The position numbers and the translations under genes are program-made. Shown here one piece after another: positions 47,921 to 62,085 of a DNA stretch of 64,000 nucleotides. The DNA lies in assembly GCA_013239625.1 (NCBI GenBank), contig MU053606.1:124001-188000 (forward strand), read 5' to 3'. The DNA comes from Lama guanicoe. Lineage: Eukaryota. Below the pieces are notes generated by a model. That model saw only the letters and a program-made list of their open reading frames with translations, was not told the origin of the DNA and ran no database searches. Within the stretch, counting starts at the first letter, position 1. Each line of letters starts with the position of its first letter.

Positions 47921-50900
47921 GATTTTTTTAAACATTACTTTCTTAGATTTCAGAGGTTAGAGGCCTCTAATTCTTTTTCTGCAGACTTGTCCGTGAACCT
48001 ATAAATCTATAATTAATGGACAATACTTGGTTTATTAAAAAAGTCAATAGAATTTTCTGCAGTACATCCAAAAGGAAATGATCATTGACTTAAAATGTCT
48101 CTCCTTTATGGTGATTTCTCCTTTTTGGTCTAGCTTAATTTATTAACAGCCATCCTCATCATCATAATGAGCAAACTCGCTCTGAGTGGACACCTACCTT
48201 AGGCTAAAATGCTTTCCTCATGTTTTATTTCATAGCAGGTGTTTGAGGGTAGGTATCAGTGTCTTCTTTTTACAGCTGAGGGATTGAGAGATGGGGCAGC
48301 TTGTCCCAAATCACAGGCAGCTGGTGGTGGCTAGCTCATTGCTGGAACCCAGTCTGCACAGGATGCATTCTTAATTGCTCCTCTAATCAGCTTCCCATTG
48401 AGTGGTTTCCCGAAATCCTGTGAGTCCATAAATGGCCCACTTTAGTGATCTCAGCCTGATGAGGCCTTCAAAGGAGAGACACCAGTGAGAATGTGAGACA
48501 GAGTGGCAAAAATTAAAATTGTACATTTTCAAAAATGTTGTATTATCAGGTAATGACTTAAAAGTTAATATGTTTTTTTATTTCACTGCTCTGCAAGCAC
48601 TAAAAACAAAACATTAAAAATAATTATAGTGCAAAAGAGAAGTGGGCTTTGAAAGTCCAACCATTGCTAATGATGCATCTTGTTTTTCTCTAGTGGCCCT
48701 TATTGACAGAAATACTTACAAAGACTGAATTTGATTTATGTAGTCTTAGCATGGAGAAAAGTTTGTCAGTGAATATTGTAAGTAAAATCTTTACTCTTTT
48801 CTTTCCTGATGATGAATATGTAAGTTGTTTTCATGGCTTAAGTACATTTCCTCATTTGTGACACTTGAGTAATATCGTTTACCCTGTCTGACTGTGAGAG
48901 TTAGATGCCTTATATACAAAGCACCCAAGAGGTGCTTAATAAAAATGTGCTGTCACAACGACAGATAGTTTAGAATAATCAACTCTGAATACTAAAGAGG
49001 TGGCTTATTTCTGATGCATATTCAATATGTATATATATGATATATATGAATATGGCTTAAAGTAACAAGGATTCATTTATTTTTAGTGCAGTATGAAGTT
49101 TTAATGAAATCTGTATCATTCTAGTGAGACAGGGACTAGTTAAATTGCCTTAAGCAGAAGATCTTGAAGATTATTTACACAGGATGTGTATTGTTACAAC
49201 TCAGAATTCATGTTGCCATGTAACCATACACTCAGACTTTTAAATTCGTGGGATTCTGGACAGATAAATCAAGTTTAGAAAAATCCACATTGATCATTTT
49301 CAGGGAATAAGCTTCTCTCTTTTGTGATTAAAGAAAATTTTGATTTATTTTTCTGCACTCTTAATAGGTTTTAAAATATCAAAACATTGATTTGAAATGT
49401 CACTTTTTTAATAGAGAGAATAAAGCTCATGCTGTTTTAATATGTAAATAAATGTTTTTGTATTTCATCATACTTGTATGAATTTCTGGCTCTTTAAGAA
49501 GTATTTGGCAAGATACTTAGATTTCCCACTGTTGGAAAAATACAGACGTGACTTTTATGAATATAGGCCTAGTACAGATCTGTTGGCTTTTGCTACAGAG
49601 CAAGACATGAGGCCTAGGAGAGCTTTGCTGCCAATTGCCAGAAGGACAGATCCCAGGTCTCACTCTCCCCTCCTGTGAAATGAAGTGGCTTGACTGGATT
49701 CTTTCCTCTTCTAAGATGAGTTTCCATGAGCCTATGTCTTTTGTTTACATTCAGGAGTATTAGTAATATCAGATTAAATACTGAATACCCCCCTTCCCCC
49801 GAAGCAAAGTGCAGTATGTGCTACAGAAGCTTTTAGTTATCTGATTCTTATTTCTGATCCAACGAGCAATTTTTGTGTTGCATGTTTCCCGGCAACCTGG
49901 AAAGTCTTTATACTCATAGGTGGCTCTGTTGCACCATCTTACAGTCTTAATTTTCCTGTTTGTAAAAGAAGGCTTAAACAACATTATTTTATTTTGATTT
50001 CTTTGCTTAATGCTTCAGAATAGCACAATGTCCATTATGTCTGTCTACCTGGAAAAATTATTCTGCATATTTTTCAGTTTTATTCTGTCATCTGGCTGTG
50101 AACACTTCAGACTTGCTGTGCAAACAATGGCAAAATCGGACCTTTCTTCCAGTGTTAGAAACCAGTGAGCCAGGATTTTATGAAACAGCTAGAAGGGGCC
50201 TCTGGAACCACTTAAAGCTGAAAAGTGTACTGAGTTCTCTGAGTATTGACCCTGCCGCTGTGTGTTAATTGGTGGTAGGAGATTTGGTACATAGACGAAG
50301 GGGTGTAGTTTTTTGACTTGGGTTTGCGTGCACGTGCTGCCACTGAGCCACGTGAGCTGAATCAGTTCGTTCTGAGTTTTTCCCTCATCTGTGAGATGGG
50401 GATGCTCGTATCTGCTTTGTAGAATTGTGAGAATTAGAAATTATGTAAGGTGTTTACCACAGTGGGTTTGTCAAGAGGGCTCTTAAACTTTAGCTGCTGT
50501 TTTGTGTGAAGCCATCATTTGAGAGTCTTTGGCAATTACTAAGAAACAGGTAAATAAGGAAAGCTGGTTTTATGATGAACGATATTTGAGGAGGTTCCAT
50601 AGTTCCTATATCCATAATTTAGCATCAGCAGTATCAAAACTGTTACACAGTCACCCTGAATCAATGTTAAGCCACAGAATTTTTTGTTACTTCATATAAG
50701 TTGGGGCTTAAGTGGATCCAATAATTACATACATGTTGTCTCCAGCAGCCAACTGAGAGATGACACAAAAGGGTAGGCTGGTGATAAATTTCTTCTTTGT
50801 TACTGATGAAGCCACATTCTCCATGAACTTCAGGGCTGTGGGAAAATGTGTGTCATGATACTGTGTCCCAGAAGTAGAGACTCACCCAGTCCCAAGTAGC

Positions 50901-51309
50901 TCTGGGCCACAGCGAGCCTTCCCCTTGAGAGGATCTGCCCCTTCATGCACAGGGCTGTCCTCCCATGGAGCTGAGCATCCCAGGTGCTTCCCAAGCGTGG
51001 CCAACACTGGAGAGAAAGGAAGGGTTTCACATGCCTTGCTTATCTCCCCAGACTCACACCTCACTCTGTTAGTGTGTGGAGGGCTAGCTGTGGGCCAGGG
51101 GTCAGGGGTGTGAATGGAGAAGCACTCTCCATGGCCCAGAGGAGTGAGGAGGAGGCATCCTCTCCTTCAGTTTAAACAGGTGGTGGGATGGAAGAGAAGG
51201 GTGCTCCCCAAGAGTTTATAAAAAGAGAAATAAGGATTTTCTTTGGGGCTTAGACTAGCCAGGAAACAAAGAAGATGATTGGAAGGGAGACTTGTAAATC
51301 ATTTTAATG

Positions 51310-51540
51310 CTAAGTTAACTTTTGTTGAGCACCAAAAATGTGCTACATTCTTTTCTGAGCATTTTACAGAAATGAATCCTTCAATCTTCACAAGTGAGTA
51401 TGGAAGGTTCGATTGTTATCCCAGGATTACAATGTGGAAATTGTGGCACACAGAGGGTAAGTAAGCTGGCCAAGGTCACAGAACTAGTAAGCAGCAGAGC
51501 TGGGATTTAAACCCTGGCTGTCTGGTTTCCAGGCTCCCAG
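51310..51540 (-). mobile_element. MIR (other MIRs near 34860-35040, 48140-48390, 50300-50490, 52700-52880, 57660-57845)
   Basis: ggaaattgtggcacacagagggtaagtaagctggccaaggtcacagaactagtaagcagcagagctgggatttaaaccc. Confidence 0.8.
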
Positions 51541-52954
51541 AGATGGGCTTTGGGTGTTTATAGGTATCTGCATCCCTGGATCTCTGTACCTCTGTGCATC
51601 AGTTAGCCCAGAAAGGACAGGGAAAGGAGAGTTACACAAGAGCTCACTGTCGTGTCTCGGTCACTGTCCACGAAGAGTGCACCGTGATTGGCCTTAATTG
51701 TTTTCCAGGCAGTAGATCTGTTCGTATAACAGAAATTTAGTCCATTGAGTTAATCTAGAAACACTTCCTGCTCTGCTTCTGTCCATGCTTGCCATGTGAC
51801 TGCCTGCCGGTGATTGAACCGTGGAGGAGAAAATGTACTCATGGTGGAACTCTGATATTTCAGTTTGGTTCATAGTTTCACGTCTTCTGTTACATTAATA
51901 AGTTAAGTTTCTGGTTTTCTTGCCTCAGTGTCTCATGAGTTTGGTTAATGTGAAACCAGTCCATGGGAGCCCAGGGGTGCTGATGGTAAATTTTGTGAGG
52001 ATGTTGTGGCAATTCTACCCATGCAGACCTGGCTGGAGGATGTCCGCCTTTGTCACTGATTTCCCCCAACAGCAGGGTCCTCTCCCATCCTCAGATGTGA
52101 GGCTGGGAGCTCTGTGAGTAAGCCAGTCTGAGGCCAAGTCCACCAATCAGAAAATGATGAAGTAACTGGAAGTGAGTTTAATAGAAGAAAAGGGCTTTCC
52201 GGTAGTCCATTGGGCTGTTCAAGTCCATTTGGTGAAAAGCTCTCCACTGTCTGTGATTGAGCTGCTTCTTTGCTGTTGAAAAGTCTGGATTAGATGAAGG
52301 GATTTTAAAAAGCAGAAAGGAGTGATTTCAGGTGGTACATCCACACTGGTGAGAAGTGATGGATGACCACCTGTGTGAGGCATAGACAGAGTCTTACAAA
52401 CTTCATAAAACAGCTTTAAAAGCTCTTCCATCTGGGTGCACTTCCTAAGGGGTCCAGTTCATCACTGGTCATGCTGAGAGGGCAAATAATTGATGATGGT
52501 AGAAAGGACACGGGGGCATCAAAAAGGTCTCAGTCATGTTCCCTGTTTAAAGGATGTGGCACAGTGTAATATATTTGAGCTGGTTTTTCACTGAACAATA
52601 TTTAGTGTTTTCTGGGACTCCCCAGTGCCCCAAGGTTACATGCAGCTGGGTGTCCCCTCAGTGCAGCTCTGTCAGCACTTGCCCTGGGCTGACATGGTAT
52701 CACGGGGAGCAGGACGGTCAGCGTCCCCGGCTCCTCCTCATCCGTAGTGCTGGGTTTCTCTTCCATGTCTACTTAGTAGGGTTGCTGAGAATCACATGTG
52801 ATGGTTGTCAGGTATGAATTGTGGTAGTCTCTGTGATTGGCATATAGTCAATATTTGATAGAAACACTTGTATTTTTATTATAATTATAGCACCTAGAAT
52901 GCAGTGGTTTTTAGTCTGCATTTTTTATAACTTTATTCTTATTTTTAAATATCC

Positions 52955-53052
52955 ACTTATTTTTATTTATTTTTTGGAAGTACTGGGGACTGAAGGCAGG
53001 ACATTGTGCATGCTAAGCAGGTGCTCTACAACTGAGTAATACACACCCTCCT
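52955..53052 (-). mobile_element. tRNA-derived SINE, vic-1-like
   Basis: ggaagtactggggactgaaggcaggacattgtgcatgctaagcaggtgctctacaactgag. Confidence 0.75.
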
Positions 53053-53913
53053 TGTCTGCACTTGAAAATAAATATTGCAATACACAAAATAGCTCTTAAA
53101 CACCATCATGGGACCTAGTCTCTGTATAGACAAATGAACATGTATGCTAATTCAATAAGAATAAATGTTGTTGGGACATACATTTCTGAATCTGTTAATG
53201 TGCTTAAAAACTATCATAGCTAGTGATAAACATGAGTCTTGGATCCAGTACGTCTTAAGGTCTGCTTTGCATCATGGGAAATTACATTCTACAAAGAAGG
53301 CTAATTGGGTCTCTTTGATATTTGGATGGTTTAGCAGATGACCAAGGCTTTCAAAAGCTGACAGTTTTGTATTTTAAACTAACTACAAATTATCTTCTAG
53401 TAGATGGAAGTCCTAAGCTTGTGAAGTGCCCAGTAATCCAGGGGGTATGTCTTTGTCTGTGTGAACATCTGTGTGTGTGATTTCAGGAAGGTAGAAATAA
53501 GTTCCATATAGACTTCTAATTCCTTTCTCCTCCAGCTCAATGTGTAGGCATATATTTACACAAATAAATTGATATTCTTTTATCATTTGGCATATTGGTG
53601 GGAATAAGAGGTTCTCATACTTGTTTCAGAAAGGTTGGGGAGCATGAGCTTAGAAAATGGGAAGAGAAAGAGGCAGGGAGGCACTTCACACTTTGTGCAT
53701 GATATGAGAAGCAGTAGCTTTTCTTTTCTCTTTTCTTCTAAAGCAAACTGGCACTGAATTGTAACCTACTATTACTCAGAATTGCTTTTCTGATCAGAAA
53801 CAAGTGCCTCAGATTTTTCAAGGCAACATGAATGATGAAATGTGTTTTAGCAGTTATCTTTAAAAGTAGTTTTATTTTTCAAGTAAAAGGCTATAGCCTG
53901 TTCTTTCTTCCAG

Positions 53914-53940
53914 CGGTACAAGAAATTCTCATTGATCTAT
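53914..53940 (+). pseudogene. TRAPPC9: TRAPPC9-like 27-nt microexon (exon 5)
   Basis: ttctttcttccag|CGGTACAAGAAATTCTCATTGATCTAT|gtacat encodes VQEILIDL, versus recalled human AQEVLIDP. Correct length and order between exons 3 and 6. Confidence 0.82.
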
Positions 53941-55139
53941 GTACATGATCTATGTGCTTAGTTTCTTTGGGTTTTTTTTGTTTTTTAAGTGCTTGCTTCA
54001 TTGTGGTGTGAATGAATGTTTAAAATTTCTGGATTTTGATCTTTAGAACATGCTGATTTATCAGAACTGTTAAAAACCTTATTGTGCTTTGGTCCTCGTT
54101 TGGTGGGGCACCCTATTGATTTCTGTTGTCTGTTAAAGAGGGAAATTCTTCCTCTAGCCTGCAGATAATTAAGTGAATGGTTTGCAGTGTGCCTTTAAAA
54201 TTCTTTGAATGCATTGAGCATGTTTGTCCAGTGAAATTTTAATTGACTCATAGTAATGACTTTGATTTGGTTCTGTGGCTTTTGCTCCTCTCCACAAGAA
54301 TTTGAATTCTCTGTTACATTTTGTACACGTGCTCCTAACAGGGGATGAAATTTTGCGTTTTTCACAAGGGTGGGTTTTCCTATCCCCTCTGAATACCTTC
54401 CATAATTGATACAATAAAAATCTGTTATTGCAGTGCTTAATTATTTCATAAACTATTTTTTGGCTAAATCAGAAACAATGACAAAGAGTGATAATAAAAA
54501 AATAAGAAAACCTTCCTTTGAAGAATAGGAATCAGGTGGTCAGGCTCACTTATGCTTTGTGCCTGACACACTTACTCTCATATCATTGTGTATCATGATT
54601 CGGGGATGGAGTTGCATCAGGTTTATAGATTTCTGTTTTAACATTTGTATTGAATTCTTTCTTCAGGCTGATGTTTCCTGTTGGGTTTGTGGAAAGTGTA
54701 GAAGAGAAACAAATGCTTTGTTTTGTATTCAGGAGGCCTGAGTTGCTGATGAGGAAAGAGCTCAGGGTGGGCTGAGGAACAGAGTGACACTCCCTCTCTT
54801 CCTGGCTGAAATTGATGAACAATGAAATCAGTTAAGTGCATCGGTATTTGACCAATTGAAGTTAGTGAGCCCAAACTGCATAGATATGCCCAAAGGAAAG
54901 TACTGAATTCACTTGCAGAATTAGATGCTTTACCAAGTAGAAGCAGCTTAGAGCAATCAGAAAAATCAGTCTTATGATGAGATATAAAAAGAATACAATA
55001 TCTTTTATTTCTGAAACTTTTCTACGTTAAGTTGTGTAGAGCTAAAATTAAGTTTCAAGCATCAGGAGTTAACAGTGTGGGTGGTTCTGTATGATCATTA
55101 TTCACGGATGTGCCTAGACCATTCTAGAGTGGCTGAAGC

Positions 55140-55805
55140 TGACAAGAAAAGACCCAGAGCCAGGATTTGTCATCCTAGGGTGTCCTCCATAATGGTTCCA
55201 TGTGGGAGCCCATGACTGGGTTAACAAATTATAACAGACCCCAACGGCCTGTGAACTTTAAGAAGAAAAATTATGCTTAGTAACTGCTTTGTAATCAGGT
55301 GCCTGTGCATCCTCACTCCTATCTCCTTGCCTTATATAGTAGAGACAGTGGTTTGCTTGCATAGTTGAGGTTTTAGATAGCACTCTGCTGTTTGCAAAGC
55401 AAGGACCCAGGCCCTCAGCTGTAAATGCTGGGCTTGTGTGCAGTTAGATAGTCTATTATCCCCAAAACAAGGACCTGGCTTGTCTGGTGGTCTGCCTTGT
55501 AATTCACATATCTAAAAATATATCTTGTTCCCCTCACCCCATGACTTTCCTAAAGATACACTAAGCCTTTGTAGTCATTGTGGGTTCTACAATCTCTGTC
55601 TCATCCCTTCTTTCCCCAAGCTCCTGCTTACTATCACAAAACTGTTAATGACTTTCTCCTTTGATTATACACAATAAATATGGGAGTATTTGAGAGGCTC
55701 ATGGAGTTGGCTCCCTACTCCCTCTCGATTTCTTGACTTTTTCCAAAGAGTCTTGAATAATCATTCCATGTCAGTAAGACTTCTGCCAGCCAGAACCCAC
55801 ATTAC
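55140..55805 (+). mobile_element. Possible solo LTR
   Basis: LTR-like composition with AATAAA at ~55673 and U5-like end gccagccagaacccaca; family not recognised. Confidence 0.35.
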
Positions 55806-56574
55806 CAGGTGCGAAGAATGCAGGCTTTATCTCTCCTACCCAAGGGAGAGAGAGAAGAGAATTGAGATCTGCTCCCCCATGGTCCCTTCCTGCCCCAGGG
55901 CCACACCAGTTCACCTGCAGCCTTCTGGCCTCTGCTCTCAGGGCCTCTGTCCCAGGACTGAACACAGCCTTTTCTTACCTTGTCAACATTTCCTGTGCCT
56001 TTCAGAAGTCGGTCTCTTCTCTGCAATACAGCCCTGGCAGATGTTATGGTGGTCAGAGTGCTGGTGAGCTGTCCCTTGTGGACACCCAGGATCCATGCTG
56101 ATTCTCCTGAGTCATTTGGGATTACAGAACTGTCAAGCACCAGAGGATGCCCATTCACGTGAGGTCAACACAGCATTGCATCACTTTCATTATATTTTTG
56201 AATTTTCAGTGGAGAAGTTATTTGCAGCAAACTGTTCCAGATATTCAGCCACATGCTTTCATCACCACCATTTCCTTGTTGGTTCTGGTGCTTGTTTTAA
56301 GAACCAGGTTTCTTCTCTGGTCATGTCTAGCAGCTGGGCTTGCCCAATCCTTGATCTGCATTTGAAGCAGAATGCTTCTTCTTGATGTCAAACTGATTTT
56401 CGTATTTCTGAATATTTCGTGTACACTCAGCAACAGTTTCAAGTGAAATGCTCTTTTCTAATTTTGGTGAACTCACATTTGCTGATCTCCTGCTTTCATG
56501 CTGTGGGCAGGTTCTTCTTCCTATAATAAAAGTTAGTAATTTTATTTACTATGGGAAGGTACTGGCCCGAGGTA

Positions 56575-57625
56575 CTTTTGTTCTTAACAGTTTTTATACA
56601 ATTCACCCATTAAAATGTACAGTGGATTTTACTCTATGCCCAGAATTGTGCATCCCATTCAATCTTAGAACATTTTCATCCCCCCAACAGGAAGCCCCGT
56701 ATGCATAAGCAGTCATTCTCATCTTCCCCATCCTCCCCCAGCCCCAAGGAGTGACTCTTCTCTCTCTGTGAGTTTGCCTGTGCTGGACATTTCATGTAAA
56801 TTGAGTCATTTCATGTAAATGGAACCGTCTATTGTGAATGACTTCTTTCACACTGAGTAATGTTTTCAATGTTTGTTCACGTTGTGGCCTAGGTCAGTAT
56901 TCTATGCTTTGCTTTTGCTGAATAATATTCCACTGTATGGCTGGGCCCCTCTGTTTACCATTCATCAGGTGATAGGCATTTGGGTTGTTCCTGCTTTTTG
57001 GCTGTGTTGAGTAGTGTCGCCGTGAACACTCTTATGGGATTTTTTTATGTGGATATTTGTTTTCTGTTCTCTTACTTGTGTGCCCAGAGAGCAGAATTGC
57101 TGGGTTACTTTCAAGCCAAATATTCAACTCTCTGAGTATCTTCCAGGCTGTTTTCCAAAGTGGTCATGCTGTGTTACATCCTCACCAGCAAGGGCTGTGA
57201 GCTCTGCTTCATCTGTGTCCTCATTAGTTCTTGTTACTCTTTCTTTGATTATAACCTATTGTAGTGAGTGTGAAGTGGTTTCTCCTAGTGGTTTTGACTT
57301 GATTTCCCTCACAGCTAATGATATTGAACATCGTTTCATTGTGCTTATTGGCCATTTGTATATTGTACTTGAAAAATACATTTTCAGATCCTTTACTCAC
57401 TTTTTAATTGAGTTGCCTTTTTATTGTTGAGTTGTAGGAGTTTTTTTTTTCATTTAGAGATACAAATTCCTAATCAGATAAATGATTTCAAAAACTTTCC
57501 TCCTGCGTGCTTTTTTTTTTCACTTTCTGGATGGTTCCATTTGAAGCATAGTTTTAAATTTTGATGAACTCCAATTTAACTCTGTTTTCTTTGTTCCTTG
57601 TGCTTTTGGGGTAATATTTAAATCT
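56575..57625 (-). mobile_element. L1MB-type 3' portion
   Basis: aattcacccattaaaatgtacag...ttagaacattttcatcccccc...ctggacatttcatgtaaat...ttattggccatttgtatat. Confidence 0.88.
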
Positions 57626-58498
57626 GAGGCATTTTATTTAAACTTTTATATATAAAATAACTTAATTTGTAGGACTGTTCTAGGAGATGGGTGCTGTTGT
57701 TTTCCCCAGGCTATGGATAGGAGATTGAGATGCAGAAAATTTCACTGACATATCAGTGTCACAGCTACCCAGTGCTGTTGGAGTTCAAACCCTCATGTCT
57801 TTCCCCAGAATCTGTGCTCTTCACAACCATGCTCCACTACTGCCTGAAATCGTTAATGAAAACGTCTTTCCTTTTTTAATTTCTTGTTAGTTTGTTTTCT
57901 CATTGTGGACCTCATTTCCTCATTTTCCTTGCAAAGATCAGTGTAGATTTATTTTAGGCCTTATGTAGGCAGAAGCATTGCTATCAGTTAACTTCTTTAT
58001 TACTCACTCTCCAGTGATGATTGTTGCTAGTTGACCTAATCAAGTCATGTCTTGATAAGTCTTTCCTGCTCATGACACTAAAAACAGTCATGACTTACAG
58101 AATGCTCAAAGAAGAAAGTACTTGATTGATTTTATTTTGCTAACCAATCAAACGTATCAAGTAAAAACCCCAGAGTTGACACAGATTATAAGCTCTCCAG
58201 AATAGGGTCACTGTCTTACTTGTGTTTCATTTGTTTAGTCACAGTGTCTGGATAGTGCCTTCCTGTCCAGAAGTTTTGTGAGGATACGGTGCTCATGAAT
58301 CATTGTAAGGACAGAATTTTGACAACAGACTGTGTTGTTCATTTCATGAGAGAAAAGATAATATAGAAATACTGCTCAGATCTATATTAAAATTTAGCTT
58401 GGAATTTTGAAAAGAGTTCAAGAAACCATACAAAGATCTTTTTCACTAATTTTAGATCTATCTTAGACACATTATTGTTACATAGCAGAGTAACTTAC

Positions 58499-58701
58499 CA
58501 AGTAGATTTGACAAGAGGAGTGTATTATTGATTATTTGTTTTAGTTGAAATATTCTACCTGGGATAAAGTAATCAGTGCTTATAAATGAACAAATATATT
58601 ATCAAGTAGATTTGACAAGAGGAGTGTATTATTGATTATTTGTTTTAGTTGAAATATTCTACCTGGGATAAAGTAATCAGTGCCTATAAATGAACAAATA
58701 T
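58499..58701. repeat. Near-perfect direct tandem duplication, period 104 bp
   Basis: caagtagatttgacaagaggag...tgaacaaatat at 58499-58597 and 58603-58701, with one mismatch (gctt/gcct). Confidence 0.95.
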
Positions 58702-59349
58702 GTTTGTATTTCTATGCAACATGGAAGTAGACTTCATATGTTTCTATATAATATATATGACCGTGTGTTTTAATCTGTTTTTCAGTGTTTTCATATTTTG
58801 CAGCAATGTTGTAACTTTAGAATTCTTCTAAGAAATTCACCCCCGATTCTAGTGCAGCTTGTACTGTGTATCCTGTCTTATGCATGGTATTCCACTGTCC
58901 ACTCAGTGAGGAATTTCCTTTCCTATTGATTTAGTAACAGAGTTAAAGGAACTGTGATTTCTAGGCCTTTGCTCTCCATGTGTTTGCAGTTGGCTGTCAA
59001 TCATGATTTTCCCTTTCTTGAGTTTCCATTGTTGAATTAGAATTTTTGAAAATAACTATTAATATGTTGCATTGGTCTCCCTAGAAACTTAATGTGTTTG
59101 TGCTTTTCAGTTTTCAATTTATGAAAAATGTTAATGCACTCTTGTTTTTAACTAGTCCTTTTCCACTAGATATTTATTTACCTCTTTAAAGTTAAAATAT
59201 TTTTTCTCAATGAATGAATCAGTTTGCATATTTTAAAAGTTACTTTAATTTTTATTTTTCTTACTGTAAGTTATATTCATTGTAGAGAATTTAGAAAATT
59301 AGGATAAACACAATAATAACAATAATGGCCTCTAATCTCACCTCGAGAT

Positions 59350-59680
59350 ACAGTTGTAAGGTTTGAAATTGAGAAATACAAGTCCTCTCATATTGTTCTT
59401 CTTTCTCAAGTACGTTTTGGTTACTAAGACCCTTGAATTCCCATATGAATTGTAGCAGCAGCTAGTCAGTTTCTGCAGAGGAGCCCGCTGGGATTGTGAT
59501 CGAGATCACGTTGAATATACGGATCGTTCTGGGTAGCGCTGCCATTCCAAGAGCGCTGTCATTCCAAGAGTGCTGTATTATGATCCAGTAATCTGTGTGG
59601 TATGTCTGTCCAGGTATTTAGGTCTTCTTTAATTTTTTTCAAAAATGCGTTCAGTTTACATTGTATTATTTTACCTTTTT
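59350..59680 (-). mobile_element. L1 ORF2 fragment
   Basis: ttgttcttctttctcaag...ccttgaattcccatatgaatt...gtcagtttctgcag...tatttaggtcttctttaattt. Confidence 0.7.
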
Positions 59681-62085
59681 TTTGCCTTTACACTGAAGAC
59701 AATTGTGCAAGGTACTGGGATCAGTAGTGTATTTCAGCCCCACCACTTGCTGCCACCATGGATGCTGCGCTCTTGCTTTGCCCTCTGTACAGTCTTGCAC
59801 AAAATAGGACATCAGTAACTCTCTTGAATGAATTATTATGTGATTGTTGGATAATGCTTGAGAGTCCTTGTGATGATGTCTTTTTCCCAGCCTTTCCCCT
59901 CTTCTTAACTATGCCCTTTCTCTTCCTTTCCTCCAGCCTGGGTTTCAGCCTGCCTGTGGCCTTGATTTTCCCTGTCTATAGACTCTTCCTTTCCCTAGTT
60001 CATGATAATGTTACATGTGGGCTGTGGAAACTTGCTAGATGTCAAGAAAGAGCCAATCAATTGCATGCTACTATTTTTAGACTGTGGTATTCTTTTATCG
60101 ATTGAAATTAAATCAGGCTGAACCCCTGAGCCCGCCCGTGAGCTCTTTTCACCTTCCTACAGTTGATACTGCTCTGGTTGCTGCATGTGCCCTTCCCCGA
60201 ATCTTGGTCTTGGGGTTAAGTCACTATCGGTTGAACACGAGTGTTAAAAGATGAAGAGAACATTTGCTCCTTCTCCCTGGTTGGGGACTTGGATAAGATG
60301 AGGTACCAGATAAAGAATGGAGCCCAACCTCATTCTGACCCCTGCTCTTTCTGTTCTTTCTCCAGGGGAAAAGAGTAGAATTCAACAGTATAAAGATCGA
60401 TTGTGAACTAATGAGATAGACAAGAAAACTGAACATTTATTAAATATCCTTTCATGCCAGAAACAAACGTATTATACACACAAAAAGCACATAAACTATG
60501 GTAGTACTGTGGTTACAAACGTGGGTCCGAGTTTGAGTCCTGCTCTGGAGTGACAAGTCCTGTGAGATGGAGAACTTGTAGGTTGGCTTAGCCTCTCCCG
60601 GACTTGTTTTCTGTCCTGCAGAGACGGGGCTCGCTAGGCATCCCTCCCCCGTAGAGGTGCTGTGGGGTGTAAATGATGCACGTGGGCAGCCCGTGCACAG
60701 CTGCTTGTTCCTGTAAGTGCAGGATAGCATAGCTTTTGCGGTGATGGCTTTATGACCGCCCCGTGTAGACTCTCAGTGCTCTGAAGGGATGCCTTGTGGC
60801 TTGGAGATGGGACTCTCACTTCTATAAATACCCAAGAATTGTGTTATTGGGCTCTGCTGATTTGAATCTATTCTTTAGAAAGTACATATTGTAGATATAT
60901 TTTTCAAGCATGCATGCTTTTTTCTTTTATTGTTTATAATTCTACACTATCATCTCTTGGTGTGACTTTTTATGGAATCCAGGAAACAGTCCTAAGCTAC
61001 CTGCCCCTTCACACTTCTTCGTGGTGGTTTTCTTCCCTTACTAGAAGAGGGTTTTGCATAGGAAATTTTCTTTGTTCCCCTTTTCTTGGAGTCTGTCTGT
61101 CTGCCCATCTATCACCTGTCCATTTGCCCATTTCTCTACCCACTCATTCTTCTTAATTGTTCCAAGAAGCATTTCAGGCAGCTTACAGAACAGATACCAA
61201 ATAAACAGGTGAGAAAATGGGGCCAAGTTCAGACAGTGAGGCTAGGAGGCAAGCCTGTGTGAGGGTTGCAGACATGAGACACACACCTCTGCCCTGTGAC
61301 TTATAAGGTCGAGAGCAAGTGTGTGCCTGATGCTCCCAGCAGAGACAGGGAAACAGGGTTTGTGGGAGATGCTCACTGGCTGTGAAATAAATAAGTGGCT
61401 TAGGAGAAGCCCAACCTTTCCAGCTACTAAGACTTAGGAGAATATTTTGAGTGTCTTCCAAAATCAGAGTATTGCATCTTTTCTTTTGTGAGAGTTCTAC
61501 GAATAGTTGGTTACATTCTAAACCTGGAAATTTCTCCAAAACTGCTTCCCACGTGAGTCCCATGGCTCAGGAATGGGATGGCTCTGCTCATTGATGGGTG
61601 TTGGCCAGAAACAGAAAATGATGGCCTCAAAGGTGCCTGGGATTTTTCAGTTATATTTTGTCAGTGCTGTAGATTTCAGAAAATGCTTTCACAGTTTCTC
61701 TCCATCTGAGGCGGCAGCGTACTCTGTTACCAGCATCAGGAGCTCAGGGCCACGGGATGGTGGGGGCTGACTGCACTGCCGTCAAGACAGATAAGGTAGT
61801 CACTTCAGGCGTAGTGCTTTTATGTAGTGCATTTCATGTTCTTTAATAGAAGTTTTCAACAGGGAGTTAATTAACTGAGTTAATTAACATTTAATAAATA
61901 TGATGCTTTTTTGAAAAGACAGTTATAGGCAGAATATAAGCCATGAAAACTTTAAAAATGGTTTCATTACTGAAATTTCAGTAGGGAAGATACGCAGTTT
62001 ATCTTATTTATGCCTATCTTTTAAAGTAACAAAGAAACAAGAGAAAAAGCAGAGGATGATTTCTGTTCTTCCTCTCGGCTTGCAG

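Noticed and set aside
50075..50110. ttctgtcatct as a remnant of TRAPPC9 exon 4
   Set aside because: The match is only about 11 nt and does not extend.
59536..59577. Short 17-bp direct repeat (gcgctgccattccaaga), and the gagttaattaac doublet at ~61864-61888
   Set aside because: Small slippage duplications with no sign of function.
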